Shown here: piece by piece, positions 1 to 12,735 of the stretch
How positions within the stretch are numbered: the first letter of the stretch is position 1
Layout: each line of letters starts with the position of its first letter
Assembly: GCF_030028105.1 (NCBI RefSeq)
Contig: NC_092400.1
Coordinates: forward strand, 29,966,206 to 30,030,205
From: Mobula birostris
Lineage: Eukaryota
Direction of reading: 5' to 3'
Length of the DNA stretch: 64,000 bases
The notes under the pieces: generated by a model
Told to the model about the DNA's origin: nothing
The model's input: the letters and a program-made list of their open reading frames with translations, nothing else
Database searches by the model: none
Translations under genes and position numbers: made by a program

Positions 1-599
1 GAAACTTCAGCTCAGATGTCAGCCTTTTTGTAACGGCAAATCCACAGTTAAGAGTTTAAAGACAGAAGAAGTTGAGGACAGGACATTCCGCTCATTCAAA
101 CAAACTGGAGGCTGCAACAGAATCCCTGGAATCATCCTGCATGAAGAGTAAACCAAATAGGCCAAAGCCCTTTCTCAATTAAAGCCACAACCCTTAAAAA
201 CTTTTACAAATATACCAACTGAGCATCTAGTTGACACTTTGTGCTGCAGGTACTGATCCTTCATCACTTTGCCCTTCAGGACAGTAGTTCGATTGGGGGC
301 ACCAGCATTTGAAGTTTTAGCATCTTTGGCTTCTAAAGTTTACAGGACTCAAATACTCCACTTGACAGATAGCTCAATCTGAACTGGAGACTTGAGATGG
401 AAAACTGAGACCAGGAAAGGCAGGGCTGAACTAGCCCAGCACAAGTTGTGGACAAGTCCCTCGATTTCAATTAAAAGTTGGCTTTTCTTTGTATTATAAA
501 GTAAGAGTTTCTTCCCTGGACAATGAGATCTGACTACAGACCTACTTGCTCCCACGGGTGTGATCTGCATCATCGGTCTTTTCCTGAGCACAATGAAGA
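1..599 (-). other. Candidate long non-coding (5'UTR) exon of an unidentified minus-strand gene continuing off the left edge
   Basis: Strong acceptor ccctttgctttctctttacag| at 600-601; non-repetitive sequence; all three frames contain stops; several short upstream ATG ORFs. Confidence 0.45.
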
Positions 600-669
600 C
601 TGTAAAGAGAAAGCAAAGGGAATTTTGGAAGTGCAGAAACACAAAACTTAACTGTACCACTGCTGTCAA

Positions 670-1125
670 AAACACAAGAGTTTCTGCAGATTCTGGAAAT
701 CTTGAGCAAAACTTGCAAAATGCTGAAAGAACTCAGCAACTCCAACAGCATCTAAACAGTTGACACTTCGGGCTGAGACAATTCTTCTGGTCTGGAGAGA
801 AAGGGGCAAGAAGGCAGAATAAGAAGATTCAGACAGGGGAAGGAGTACAAGCTGGCAGGTGATAGTTGAAGGCAGGTGAGTGGGTAGGGGAGGAGGGGGA
901 TGAAGAAAGAAGCTGGGAGGCGACATGGAGGGGAATAGACAGTATTGACGTTTTGGGCCAAGACTTTTTATCGGGACTGGAAAAGAAGGGGCAGAAGCTA
1001 GAATAAAGACGGTGTGATAGGAAAAGTGTACAAGCAGACAGGTGATAGATGAGACCAGGTGCGGGAGAAGATGGCTGGGTGGGAGAAGTGGGGGATGAAA
1101 TATGAAGCTGAAGGTGAAGGAGATA
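670..1125 (-). mobile_element. Degenerate Penelope-derived short repeats (3'-end/pLTR fragments)
   Basis: ctgcagattctggaaat...aaatgctgaaagaactcagc and gacgttttgggccaagac motifs match the 3' end of the Penelope copy at 21932-22100. Confidence 0.6.
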
Positions 1126-1126
1126 A

Positions 1127-1545
1127 GAACATAGAAACATAGAAATCTGCAGCAGCACATTACAGGCCCTTCAGCCCACAATGTTGTGCCGACCATGCGA
1201 CCTACTCTAGAAGCCGCCTAGAATTACCCTACCACATAGCCCTCTATTTTTCTAAGCTTCTTTGACCTGTCCAAGAGTCTCTTAAAAGAACCTATTGTAT
1301 CCACCTCCACCACCATCGCCGGCAGTGCATTCCACGCACAAACCCCTCTCTGTGTAAAAAAACTTACCCCTGACATCCCCTCTGTACCTACTTCTAAAGC
1401 TGTGCCCCCTCGTCTCAGCCATTTCAACCCTGGGAAAAAGCCTCTGACTATCCACATGATCAATGCCTCTCATCATCTTATATACCTCTATCAGGTCACC
1501 TCTCATCCTCCGCTGCTCCAAGGAGAAAAGGCCAGGTTCACTCAA
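1127..1545 (-). mobile_element. CR1-clade LINE 3' fragment
   Basis: LFSLEQRRMRGDLIEVYKMMRG...FFTQR C-terminal CR1 ORF2 motif; (acatagaa)n tail. Confidence 0.85.
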
Positions 1546-1687
1546 CAAGAGGCTAAAGAAGGAATCTGATAGGAGAGGACAGTGAACCATGGAAGAAAGG
1601 GAAGGAGGAGGAACACCTCAGGGAGATGGCGGACAGGCAAGAACATCCACAGAGTTTATTCTCCTCCATAGACGCTGCCTGACTTGC

Positions 1688-1755
1688 TTTCTTTCTTTAT
1701 TAATCTTTTTATTGATTAAAAAAAAGCATAAATATAATCAAGAGGAGGATTAGTT

Positions 1756-1797
<42 letters not shown>

Positions 1798-2281
1798 TAA
1801 CAATATAAACCAAGATTAAGATAGACATTGTCAAAATCATAGATATTGTTAAACTAGTATAAAATATACAATAAAAAAAAGAAAATAACAATTCTCCTCT
1901 TACCAGTTTATGAAGAGAAAGGAAAACACATTGGGTTTTAAATGAAAAGAAACAAAAAAAACCACTATGCTATATAAAAAAAAACAAAAAAAAAAAGGGA
2001 CTGGGCAGTCCATTTTGAGGATACGACCAAAAAAGAAAGAAAGAAAGACTTTCTGATCAAATCTAAAACTTCGAAAAAAAGATTGAAAGAGTAATAAATC
2101 AAATTAAATGAAAATATCGGATAAAAGGTCACCAAATTTGCTCAAATTTAAAGGATGTATCAAATGTCCGACTTATTTTCTCTAAACTTAAACAGGACAT
2201 AATGGAGGAGAGCCAATAAAAGACGGTAGGTGGATTAGAATCCTTCCACTTCAATAAAATGGCTCTCCTAGCCAGAAAGGT
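1688..2281 (-). mobile_element. L1-clade LINE 3' fragment
   Basis: Minus translation LARRAILLKWKDSNPPTVFYWLSSIMSCLSLEKI...FEQIW*PFIRYF resembles fish L1 ORF2 C-terminus, followed by a T-rich 3'UTR and A-rich tail. Confidence 0.75.
1759..1794. repeat. (AT)18 microsatellite
   Basis: Perfect dinucleotide run. Confidence 0.95.
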
Positions 2282-4069
2282 CAAAAAACAATCAGATTGT
2301 TTAGGAATTTTTAATAGGAGACGAGCACAAGCTAATAATGAGGTAACTAATGCAATGTTAATGACTTGATCTCATTGATCAGTACTGCAGGGATTGGTCC
2401 TTAGGCTCCAACCACTGGATGAGGGGACCAGGTTTTCTGAATCCACTGAGCTGGCTAAGGTGCTTCGACTGCAAGTCTCAGGGTGGATTCAGCCAGGCTA
2501 AAGGAATGGACAGCAATATAGCAAGTGGACAGCAATGTGGAAAAATAAAAAGCACACAGACAAAATGCAGGATGAACTCAGCCCACTAGGCAGCATCCAT
2601 GGAAAATGATGGACGATAATGCAGAAGTGCTCGACAAAGCGGTCCGCCAATTTACAAAGGATCTCACCATTGTAGTGGAGGCTTCATGTGGAAAAACTAC
2701 AAGGTCAAAAATTTAGGCGGATAAAATGGGAAATCAGAATATTTTCTAAATTGTGAGAGATTGAAAGGCGATGCTCAGAAAAGACCTGGATATTCTTGTG
2801 CAAGAAGCATTGAAGGTTAGCGTACTTGGAGTTAAACATTTGGATATAAATTAATGTTGTATTTCGACACATTAGCCACAATGATTTTCAACTTTAAGTC
2901 TTCCAAATCACTGACTGTTCAATCATCATACTATTCCAATTTCCTCTAACATTTCCTGCATTTATGTATTTATGACGTGACTATACATTAGGGGAAAGAC
3001 TCCACATTATTATTGGAAAAAATAATAAGACAATTACAAGCGATGACTTAACCTTTCTTGAATTATTGCACTTTGCTTGTTTTCACATAGCTCCCCAACC
3101 TTTAATCTAAATATCTTATGACCCTGGTTTCATCAAATGGGCATATGTTAACCCTTTCATTCCTTGTGTCATTCTCCTGAACATCTTCTAGATCCTATCC
3201 AATACCAGCACATCTTTTCTTCGAAAAGGGGCCTAAAACTGCCCACGATACTCCAAATGTGGTCTGACAGATGCCTTATAAAGCCTCAGCAATACACCTT
3301 TGCCTTTTTATTCTAGTTATGATCTTGTTTATGATGTGGTCTGCTCCTTCTGCCACTGTCTCCGGGCTACTATGTGCATCCAGTGGCTGAACTTGAATCT
3401 GAATGCTCATCCCCCATTTTGAATGGCATGGGTTTGAGATTCCCAGGAGCCAGCGGTGTTCCATTTCTTGAAGAGAGCTTCAAACAAATCCTTGAATTGT
3501 TTCCCCAAACACCTGGTAATCTTTTCATGTAGCAGAATACAGAATAGACTATCTACTTCAGGAGTCTGGCGTCGTGTATTCTAATAATGTAGTTTTCCCA
3601 ATATAACCAAATGAGAATAACCAGGGCCTTAATATTAACAACATTGGCCTGGAAGACAGCTCTGAAGTGGTTCATTTGTCCTTACAATGGATTTGGAGGA
3701 TTTTGTGAGTTAGGGTTGGTGGTGTCTTTCTATTCCATAGGTCGCCCAGGTCTCAGAAACTTATGGAAGGCCAGAGATCATGGCTGCCTGCTAGATTATG
3801 AGTATTATGTCAGATCTTGATTTTCAAATGACCATCCTCAATTGACCAAAAGCTGTGTTGGGCACCCACAGAAAGTCTACATTTGTTCCATGACAGTATG
3901 CAAGCTATCACATAACCAGGGTGTCTACCGCAGAGTTAGGCTTAGCTTAGACCATTATCGGCTGCACTTTCCTCTCTAAATTTGTCAGACTCCCAGACCT
4001 GGGCCTCTTCATCTCCCCAGTGCAACTGGAACCTGGACTTCCTCACTGGAAGACCACAATCAGTGCAGA

Positions 4070-4935
4070 TCGAAAACCTCACCTCTTCAGTGACCATCAA
4101 CAGAGGTGTACCTCTTGGCTGAGTATTTAACCCCCTGCTCCACTCCCTGTACAGCTGACTGTGTGGCTAAACATAGCGCTAAACCTTCTACAAATTTGCC
4201 AATGGCACCACAGTTGTGAGCAAAATCACAGATGGCGATGAAGGGGAGTGACATAGGTTGTAACAACAACCTTGCGCTCAGTGTTAGCAACGCCAAGGGT
4301 CTGGTTGTGGGCTTTAGGAAGGAAAGGTCATCGGAACATGCACCAGTCTTCGTTGAAGGATCTGCTGTGGAAGGGGTGAGCAGCTTCAAGATCCTGGGTG
4401 TCAACATCTCAGAGGACCTCTCAGGGGCACCGGCACCTGCATCTTCTTAGAAGTTTCAGAAGATTCGACACGATTTCGAAGCCCCTGAGAAACATCAACA
4501 GATGTACTGCAGAAAGCACTCGAGTGCTTACATCAGCACCTGGTATGGGAAATCCAATCCACAGGAATGCTATAGGCTACACAGATGGTGGACCTCAGCC
4601 AGTTCCATCATGCATAGAGCTCTCCCCATTATCAAGAACACCTATAAAAAATATCAGGAAGTGACCACATTCTTAAGGACCCCCCCCCCGCCATACCTCT
4701 TCATGATTCTGCCAACAGGCAGGAGGTACAGGAGCCCAAGGACAAACACCTCAAGGTTCAATAGCACTGCCATCAGGTTTTGTGCTTTATTTTTACTCAC
4801 ATGTAAATTACGTCTAGTTTATATGGATTTAAGTTTATGTTCATGAATTTTTGCTGTTTTGTAACGTACTGTGCTGCTGGAGCAAAAGCTATTTTTTATT
4901 GATGTACAGACATAGGATATAAACTTAAACTTGAG
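4070..4935 (+). mobile_element. Rex1/Babar-like LINE 3' fragment (decayed RT C-terminus)
   Basis: VEGVSSFKILGVNISEDLS and RCTAES...YISTWYG...LPTGRRYRS..TNTSRF motifs with frameshifts; (aaactt)n tail. Confidence 0.75.
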
Positions 4936-5319
4936 TTTCAACATCCTTACTCCAAGACTTTGCTCAATCTGTCTTGATACATTATACCTTACTTTCACTC
5001 TTCCAGAGTGCTCTTAAATCTTCTAAATCTACAGGATGCTGTTCAGACTTAGGCGATCACACCCTCAAACCACAGCAGACAGAGAGAAGCTGGGTTCATG
5101 GGCAGAATGACTGATAATCATAGGGTGCAGATTTACCACAGATAACTGACTGAAAAACCACCAGGGAAATGAGTAACTTTTAAAAAAAAAATCATCAGTA
5201 ATGAGCTGAAAAACAAGTTTACTGGATTTTCAGATGTAGGTGACAGATCCAAGGTCATCGTTATTTGCTATCCCTAACTGACGTTACGACAGAGATGATC
5301 AACTCTCTCTTGATCAGAT

Positions 5320-6108
5320 CTATTGAGCAAATCTACATGGAGTGCTGCCATGAGAAAGCAGCATCCCGTCACCAAAGACCCCCAACAACCAGACCATGCT
5401 CTCGTCTCGCTGCTGCCATCACGTAGGACGTACAAGAGCCTAGGTCCCACACCACCAAGCTCAGGAACAGTTAATACCCTTCAACCATCAGGTTCTTGAA
5501 CCAGACTGGCTAACTTCACTCATCTCAACACAGAACTGATACCACAACCTATGAACTAATTTTCAAGAACTCTATAACTCATGATATTCGTATTATCTAT
5601 CTATATATTTTCAATTTGTTTATTTGTTATTTTTGTATTTTCATGGATTGTCTTCCTTTTCACATTGGTTGTCAGTCTCTGTGTGTAGGTTTTAAATGAT
5701 TCTTTTTTTTGGCGTGTGCCCGCGTGCGTGCGAGTCTGTGCGTGTGTGTCTGTGTGCATCCATGATGAGGTCTTTGTCATGACTTTTACAAGGTGCGGAG
5801 CGAGAGAGAGACTGTGTGGCACGCCACTCCTCACACAGACATTTTCGCAGTATTTTTCCCTTCGTTTTACGAGGTCGAGTTGCGATCTCGACACTCAACC
5901 CGGCACGGATGGAAAGCGTACTCGAGAGTGGACCCGACTGGTTTCGAACCCGGGAACCTCCGCTCCTGGGTCCGGCGCCGATGTCGTTGTGCCACCAGCC
6001 GGCCCAGGTTTAATTGATTCTATTGTATTTCTTTGTTCTATTGTGAATGCCTACTATCAGGGTAATACTATAGTGATATATACATATTTTGATAGTAAAT
6101 TTACTTTG
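5320..6108 (+). mobile_element. Rex/Babar-like LINE 3' end interrupted by a SINE
   Basis: Same 3' end as the 13.5-14.1 kb and 45.9-46.3 kb copies; split at 5703-6005. Confidence 0.65.
5703..6005 (-). mobile_element. Young tRNA-derived SINE with A8 tail and ~16-bp TSD
   Basis: Head GGGCCGGCTGGTGGCACAACG (A box) and GGTTCGAAACC (B box); CpG-rich; imperfect TSD aggttttaaatgattc (5687-5702) / aggtttaattgattc (6006-6020). Confidence 0.85.
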
Positions 6109-6319
6109 ATCTCGAGTGATAATAACCCTCAGATGATAATACTACAGGAATTAGTCTCAGCAACAATTGGGGAACTACAGTATTATTCCGAGTCAGCATA
6201 GGATGGACGTGCAAGCGATGGTGTTCACGTGCAACTATTGCCCTTGCCCCTTGGCAGTAGAGGCCAAAGGTTGGGAAATGTCTTGAAGAGTAATCTGGGC
6301 ACTTGTACTTATGATGGAT

Positions 6320-6604
6320 TTTAAAGTCTGTCATGAGCCTTGTGGCCTATCAGGCCAGTGCTTATGCCGATTTCCATGGCGTGAAGCGACTGAGATTCCA
6401 CCCCCCCCCCCCCTGATAGGACACCAGTCTATCTCAAGGTTAACCCCCAGCATTTTTTGCCGGTACCCATTCTCAGCTGGGTAGACTGGAGTATTGTGTG
6501 GTTAAGTGCCTTGCTCAGGAACACACACGCTGCCTCGGCCGAGGCTCGAACCCACGACCTTCGGATTGCTAGTCCAACGCACTAACCACTTGGCCACGCG
6601 CCAC
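6320..6604 (-). mobile_element. Young tRNA-derived SINE (CORE/V-like modules) with perfect 13-bp TSD
   Basis: A box TGGCCAAGTGG, B box GGTTCGAGCC; GCAAGGCACTTAACC...AATGGGTACC central module; TSD acttatgatggat at 6307-6319 and 6605-6617. Confidence 0.88.
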
Positions 6605-6631
6605 ACTTATGATGGATAGGGTGAGCATACT

Positions 6632-6917
6632 GGGGGCAGCACAGTGGCGTGGTGATTAGCACAACACCATACAGTACCATCCACCTGGGTTCATTTCCCG
6701 CCACTGTCTTTTATGAGTTTGTACGTTCTCCTCGTGACTGTGTAGGTTTCCTCCGGGTGCTCCGGTTTCCTCCCACAGTCCAAAGATGTACCAGTTGGTA
6801 GGTTAGTTAGTCACTGTAAATTGCCCCGTGATTAGGCTAGGGTTAATTTGGGGGTTCCTGAGTGATGTTAGCTCGAAGGGCCAGAAGGAACAGTTCCACA
6901 CCACATCTCAATAAATA
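6632..6917 (+). mobile_element. HE1/V-type SINE of elasmobranchs
   Basis: tRNA head plus V-domain ggtttcctccgggtgctccggtttcctcccacagtccaaaga. Confidence 0.85.
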
Positions 6918-7389
6918 ACTGAGGGCTCCACGAACCCCAGTTTGGGAGCCCCTTATCTAATGGAATGGGTGCCAATCAAGCAAACCACAATGGGGACGGT
7001 GAAATTTTCAACAGTGCTGCCAAAACTGGACTTGTTCTACAACTAATTGATGGGATTTGTCAGAGGTTGAGAGGGATAATAAATCAGCCGTGATGGAATG
7101 GTAGAGCAGAATCGATGGACCAAATGGCCTAATTCTGCTTCCATCTTATAGCTTTTTGGAACAGGCAAGAGAGCTGAACTAAAATGGCCATGTATTAGAA
7201 AGCAGGTGCACATACAATGGGTTAAATGTTCCCTTTGAGCGTTCTACAGTTATGCTTTTGTTCTCAGACATCGTCAGATGAGAATAGGCTGAAACAAACA
7301 CAATAAATGCTCAAATTCCTCTTCCGATAAAAATAAAACCTCAATTCACACAGTCATAGAAACCAGGCTTTTAGAAAAAAAAAACTCAC

Positions 7390-7576
7390 TTTGAACTCCA
7401 ACACAATTAAAATATTCAGTAAAGTACAAAACGGTTGGTCTGCTCAGAGTTATCCTTTTAATATCTCTCTTCTCGGTGCAGTCCTCCGACTCCAAACAAC
7501 TGTCATGTCGTCTAAGAGGGAGTTGGTACCACCTTTGCTATTCCCGGCTACTTCTCCCCCTCGTTTAGTGTAACAC
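7390..7576 (-). other. Candidate 187-nt non-coding 5'UTR exon of the left gene
   Basis: Branch-like CTAAT ~20 nt before acceptor ttgacag| (7577-7578) and donor AAA|GTGAGT (7384-7389); unique sequence; only short ORFs. Confidence 0.5.
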
Positions 7577-8877
7577 CTGTCAAGATTTCAACATAATTAG
7601 CAGAGCAAATGTCGCATTGCTTCCACCTTTAATAATTGCATGCTTACAATGTATTATCTGGGTATAGTTTAACCTCCAGCCAACCCCTTCAGTTAGGGTG
7701 CACAGACTGACTGCCAGGTACCCAGTTGTTCATATGCAGACCATCTGTGCACCTTAACTTCATTACCAACCTGTAACTCACTCCAAAGTTTCCACGACAA
7801 CTCTCTGTGCTTCTCAATACAAATCGGGCAAGGACCCATTATAGTCAATCTAACCAATTATTAACACAGGAGCCCAAGGTATAGAATTTCCTCAGCATCT
7901 GGAGGGGGACATTACACGGTCACTGCACAGCACAACCAAAAACTGTTTTGATTTTGGATCCGTGGCTTGGAAACTTAATTGTGCCCGAGTCCTGAAGCTT
8001 CACCAAGAAGGCAGCCTTTCCTTTGCAATCTGTACCAGCACAGAACCCGTGAAACAAATCAAATGAGCATGGGTCAGCTGTAATAAACTGTGGGGAGGGG
8101 GGGTGGAGAGAAGGGGAGGGTGGTTTCACAGATGATCAGTGGGTGAGGATGGAGGGGACTGGGATGGCAGTGGGTGATATCTACAGGTATGTAGTGCCTG
8201 TTGAATGGGAAATGGTGGAAGGGGTGAAAAATAGCTGTTAAGTAACTCAAAGGAAACTCACTGAGATAGCCCTCCCTCCCCAAGCCTCAGGCTGCAGAGA
8301 ACAACACTTGATTTTTTTTTAAATTTCAAAAACAATACTTTTAAAAAAATACAATTTATACATAAACAGTGTGTGTTTTTCACTTGGGGTGTCAGATCTA
8401 TATTTTTGCATACATTCTATGTATAAAGCACAGGGCCTTTTTTTTCCAACACACTCTAGGGTTTGTAGGGCGTTACACAGAATGAGCCCTGGAATGTTGA
8501 ACACAGTTCCACTTCCATTGAAGCTGGCTGACCTACTGAACACCTCAAGAATTCTGTTTCTCATGAGTCCTGCTTACGTGCTGCTCAATCAACATAACCC
8601 TGCCTCTGCTAAACTTGCCTGTTGCCTGACTGATCAAAGGTGTCTTTTTCCTGGAAGTGGTGTCCAGATATGAACTACATATCACTGGACACAAATGAGC
8701 ATGGACAATGTCCCTCATACAGAAGGTAACCACAAAAGCCATACTGCAGTTTTCTGACACGTGTTCTTTACGGGTTTTTAAAATATAGAAGTTGGCGACC
8801 CGAGTGCATAAAAACAGCTCTATGAACTCTGATTTCCATCACTCTGCAATGGGCAAAATAGAAGCGCCAGAACAAAG

Positions 8878-9205
8878 AGGGTGGGGTGGAGACACGTCAC
8901 TACCAAAGGTGGTGTAAGGCACTCCTTCCCTCCGCTAGCCGGCAGATCACCCTTGGGCAAGGTGCAGCACCTGCTTAGCCCCCAACCGGTCAGGGTCACG
9001 TGAAGCCATGGGTGCAAGTGGTGGATGGTCGTATGAGTAGATGGCGCATGTCACAAGCCCTGGTTATGCAACCACTGACACCAGGCAGACAATCTCTGAA
9101 GAGTCTCGATAACGGCTGGGGTCACCCATCTTGTAAAGACACTGCCCAGGAGAAACATTTGCTACGAACAATCATTGATACGGCATGTAATGATGATGGC
9201 GATGA
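8878..9205 (+). mobile_element. ~330-bp non-autonomous retroelement-like repeat, copy 1 of 3
   Basis: Similar copies at 17030-17400 (+) and 23670-24032 (-); ends in (gat)n. Confidence 0.7.
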
Positions 9206-9744
9206 GAACAAATACGGAGCCCGAACAAATACAAAGAAAACCAGCAGCCAGGTAATGCAGTTACTTTTTATTATTCAGAATCAGAATCACACAAGATGTG
9301 GTCATCACAGTCAAGATAAGCATTAACTACACATTAACTGCCCACAAGTCAGTAAGCCGCTCTGTGCAGTCCGTGTGGTGAAGCTAGTGCTACAATTTCT
9401 TTGGTAGGGGCGCCCAGAACTTGAAGGTGGCAATGATATTGGAAAGGCAACTTCATTTTCTGAAATAATGTGAGGGAGAAACAATTTGGCTGCAGATTAG
9501 CTACTGGAGTGGTGGGAATCCCAGAAGGAAGCAGGAACCCATGGATCTACTATACAAGACTTCTGTTTGAAATAATTTGCAAGTGCAGCAGCCTTTTCCT
9601 TCTCACTAACGTGCTCGGCCCAGCTGCTGTTAAGAATATAAACACACGAGATTCTGCAGATGCCGAAAATCTTGAGTAACACACACAAAATGCTGGAGGA
9701 ACTCAGCAAATCAGGCAGCATCTATGGAGGGGAACAGACAGTAA

Positions 9745-10375
9745 GGAGGGCAATTGCAATGTTAGCATTCATATTAACAGGAATATAAACACAAGGATGT
9801 AATGCTGAGGCTTTATAAGGCATTGGTCAGACCACAATTGGAGTACTGCGTGCAACTTCGAGTCTCATCTCCGAGGATATACTGGCATTCTCATAACCCC
9901 TCCTGGGTCCAAAGAAGGTTTCCGAGAATGAAAGGGCTAATGTGAGGAGCATCTGATGGCCCTGGCCTGTAATAGCTACAGTTTAGAAGAATGAGCGGGG
10001 ATCTCCTTAAAACGTACCAAATGTTTAAAGGCCTAGATAAAGTGGATGTGGAAAGAATATTTCCTACAGTGAGAGAGTCTAGGACCAGAGAGCATATACT
10101 CAGAATACAAGGATGTCCCTTTAGAACAGAGATGAGGAAGAAATTCTTTAGCCAGAGGTTGGTGAACCTGTGGAATTCACTGCCACAAACGGCTGTGGAG
10201 GATAAGTCACTAGGTATATCTAAAGCAGAGGTTAATAGCTTCTTGATTTGTGAGAGCATCAAAGGTTATGGGAAGAAGGCAGGAGAATAGATGATAATAA
10301 TTCAGTCATGATGGAATGGCGGAGTGGACTCAATGGGTCGAATGGAGTAAATCTGCTCCTATGTCTTATGGTCTA
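9745..10375 (+). mobile_element. CR1-clade LINE 3' fragment
   Basis: GDLLKTYQMFKGLDKVDVERIFP...FFSQRLVNLWNSLPQ. Confidence 0.85.
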
Positions 10376-10378
10376 ATA

Positions 10379-10572
10379 CAGGGGTGACCAACCTTTTACA
10401 TTCCATGCGTCAATTTTTTCACTCACGAGTTCAGATGCGCCACACAACTCTTGTACCCCCACTCAATTCTTGTAAAGATATGTTAATATAGAACTCGTGC
10501 ATGAAAAAAAATTGCATCTGAACTTGTGCATCAAAAAATTGACGCATGGAATGTAAAATGTTGGCCACCCCG
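10379..10572. mobile_element. hAT-type MITE (194 bp)
   Basis: ~60-bp imperfect TIRs starting CAGGGGTGACCAAC; perfect 8-bp TSD gtctaata (10371-10378, 10573-10580). Confidence 0.9.
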
Positions 10573-11210
10573 GTCTAATATTTGTATGGCTGGCGATTAC
10601 AGAAGTAGGGAGGATAAAATTCACAGATCACACAGTATTGGAAAAGAAGGGTGACAATTTTACAGTTAAACCAAAACTCCTAATCAGGATGATGGGTTAC
10701 ATGAGATGTGGTCATTAGCACCTAGGCAGAGTTGTTCTGACTCAGTTCAAGTTAACAAAAAGTGGGAGCTGCGAAGAAGGGAAGTAGCTGTAAATGGACA
10801 ATGGTGACAGAAGCCTTGATACGGATTATGACAGCAGACAATATTAGAACAAGACAGCAACGACGGGAGGTAGAGCTGGTTAGTAGCCCGGGTGATGATG
10901 TGGATATGAGGTTGGAAGCTCACCTCAAACTCCAATAGGATGTCAAACTGGCCAACAATCTGGTAATCTGTCCTCTGGTATCTCATTAACAATGACAGCC
11001 CCTCAAGTAACACGTCACCTCCAGAGCATTGCAACATTTCCTGTAACCATGAACCTGCATGCAAAGTTCAAAGGGCATTTATCATCAAAGTATGTATGCA
11101 GTATGCAACACAGAGATTCATCTCCTTATAGGCAGCCACGAAACAAACAAAGGAAACCATGGAAACTGTCCAAAGAAAAGCACCAAACCCAAAGTACAAA
11201 AAAAACCACT

Positions 11211-11490
11211 CAGGGAGGCACATAGCATAGTGGTTAGCACGATGCTTTACAGGAGAGGTGACTTGAGTTCAATTCCCATTGCTGTCTGTGAGGAGATTGT
11301 ATGTTCTCCCCATGACTATGTGGGTTCCTCCAGGTGCTCCAGTTTCCTCCCACAGTCCCAAAGACGTACCGGTTGGTAGGTTAGGCTAGGATTAAATCAG
11401 GGGATTGCTGGGCGGCCTGGCTTGAAGGGCGACAAGGGCCTACCAGGGCCTACTCCACACTGTATCTCAATAATAAGAAATAAAATAAAT
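11211..11490 (+). mobile_element. HE1/V-type SINE
   Basis: Homologous to 6632-6917. Confidence 0.8.
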
Positions 11491-11689
11491 CATGCAAATG
11501 GCAAAAAAAACAAGTGAACAACACAGAACATAAATCACCAAACCATAAATCATCGGAACAGTCCAAGCATATTCAGATCAATCTACCCATGTCGCTCGTT
11601 AACTTCAGGGCACCGAGCCAGTCCGCCCTGAGCAGAAATTGCACAAAATAGCAACAAAAGGGAGTAAAAGTAAAACACTTGCTTCTTTT

Positions 11690-12735
11690 ACTGTTCATAC
11701 AGATCAAATCATTACACAATGCACTGAGCTAGAATAAGGTAAAATAACAGCAATGAAGAACAAGGTGGAAAGCTACCAAAAAAGTGCAGTGCAAGTAAAC
11801 GACAAAGTGCAAGACCATAACGAGGTAGATTGTGAGCTCGAGAATCCAGGTCACCGTACAAGATGCCCTTTTAAGTGTCTGATAGGAGTGGGATAGAAGA
11901 CCCTAGAGCTTGGGGATATGTGGTTTCACGCTTTTGTATCTTCCAACTGATGATAGAGGGGAGGAAAGAGAATTTCTGCAGTGGGAGGAGATCTTTGATT
12001 GTGCTAGCTGTTTTACTGAGGCAGCAAGAAGTGTAGACAGAGTCCATAGAGGGCAAGGTGACCCCTGTGCTGAGCTGTGTCCACAATGGTCCACAGTTAC
12101 TTGCAGTCACGTGCCGAGCAGTTGTCACCAAGTTGTTATGCATCCAATCAGGGTGCTTTCTATGGTGCATCAATAAAAACTAGTAAGGGTTGACAAGGAC
12201 TTGCCAAATTTCTTTAGCCTCCTGAGGAAGTAGAGGTATTAGACAGGAGCAAATGCACTGTCTCCCACCCCTTCTGAAGCTCTCTTGTTGACTATGAGGA
12301 AAAGTGTCGTGATACACCATGCCATGAATCTCTCTATCTCCTTCCTGCACTCTGACTCAGAACTCAGAGATGTGGCCCACCACAGTGGAATCATCTACAA
12401 ACTTGTAGTTGGAGTTAGAGCAGACTCTGGCCACAGTCACGAGGGTACAGGGAATGGAATAGGGAGCTGACGATACAGCCTCGTGGGACAGCAGTGTGGA
12501 CAATCTTGGTGGAGGTGTTAATGCCCACCTTCACTGACTGTGGTCTGTTAATCAGGAGATTGAGGATTCAGTTGCAGAGGGAAGTATTGATACTCAAGTC
12601 TTGGAGTTTTGTGATAGAGTTTGCTTGAAATAATAGTACTGAATGCAGAACTGTAGTCAACAGACAATAGTCTGGCGTGGGTATGTTTACTGTCTAGATA
12701 CTCCAGCGATGGGTATAGGGCCAAGGAGATGGTTT
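11690..12735 (-). mobile_element. Rex/Babar-like LINE fragment
   Basis: Decayed RT C-terminal motifs (LPSMDSVYTSCCLSKTASTIKD; GRYKSVK). Confidence 0.6.

Noticed and set aside
6530-6604. tRNA-like sequence
   Set aside because: Head of a SINE with TSD, no proper acceptor stem or terminator; not a tRNA gene
8036-8130. Pyrimidine tract with two AGs on the minus strand (possible extra UTR exon) and G-rich G4-like tract
   Set aside because: No convincing paired donor; composition alone is insufficient
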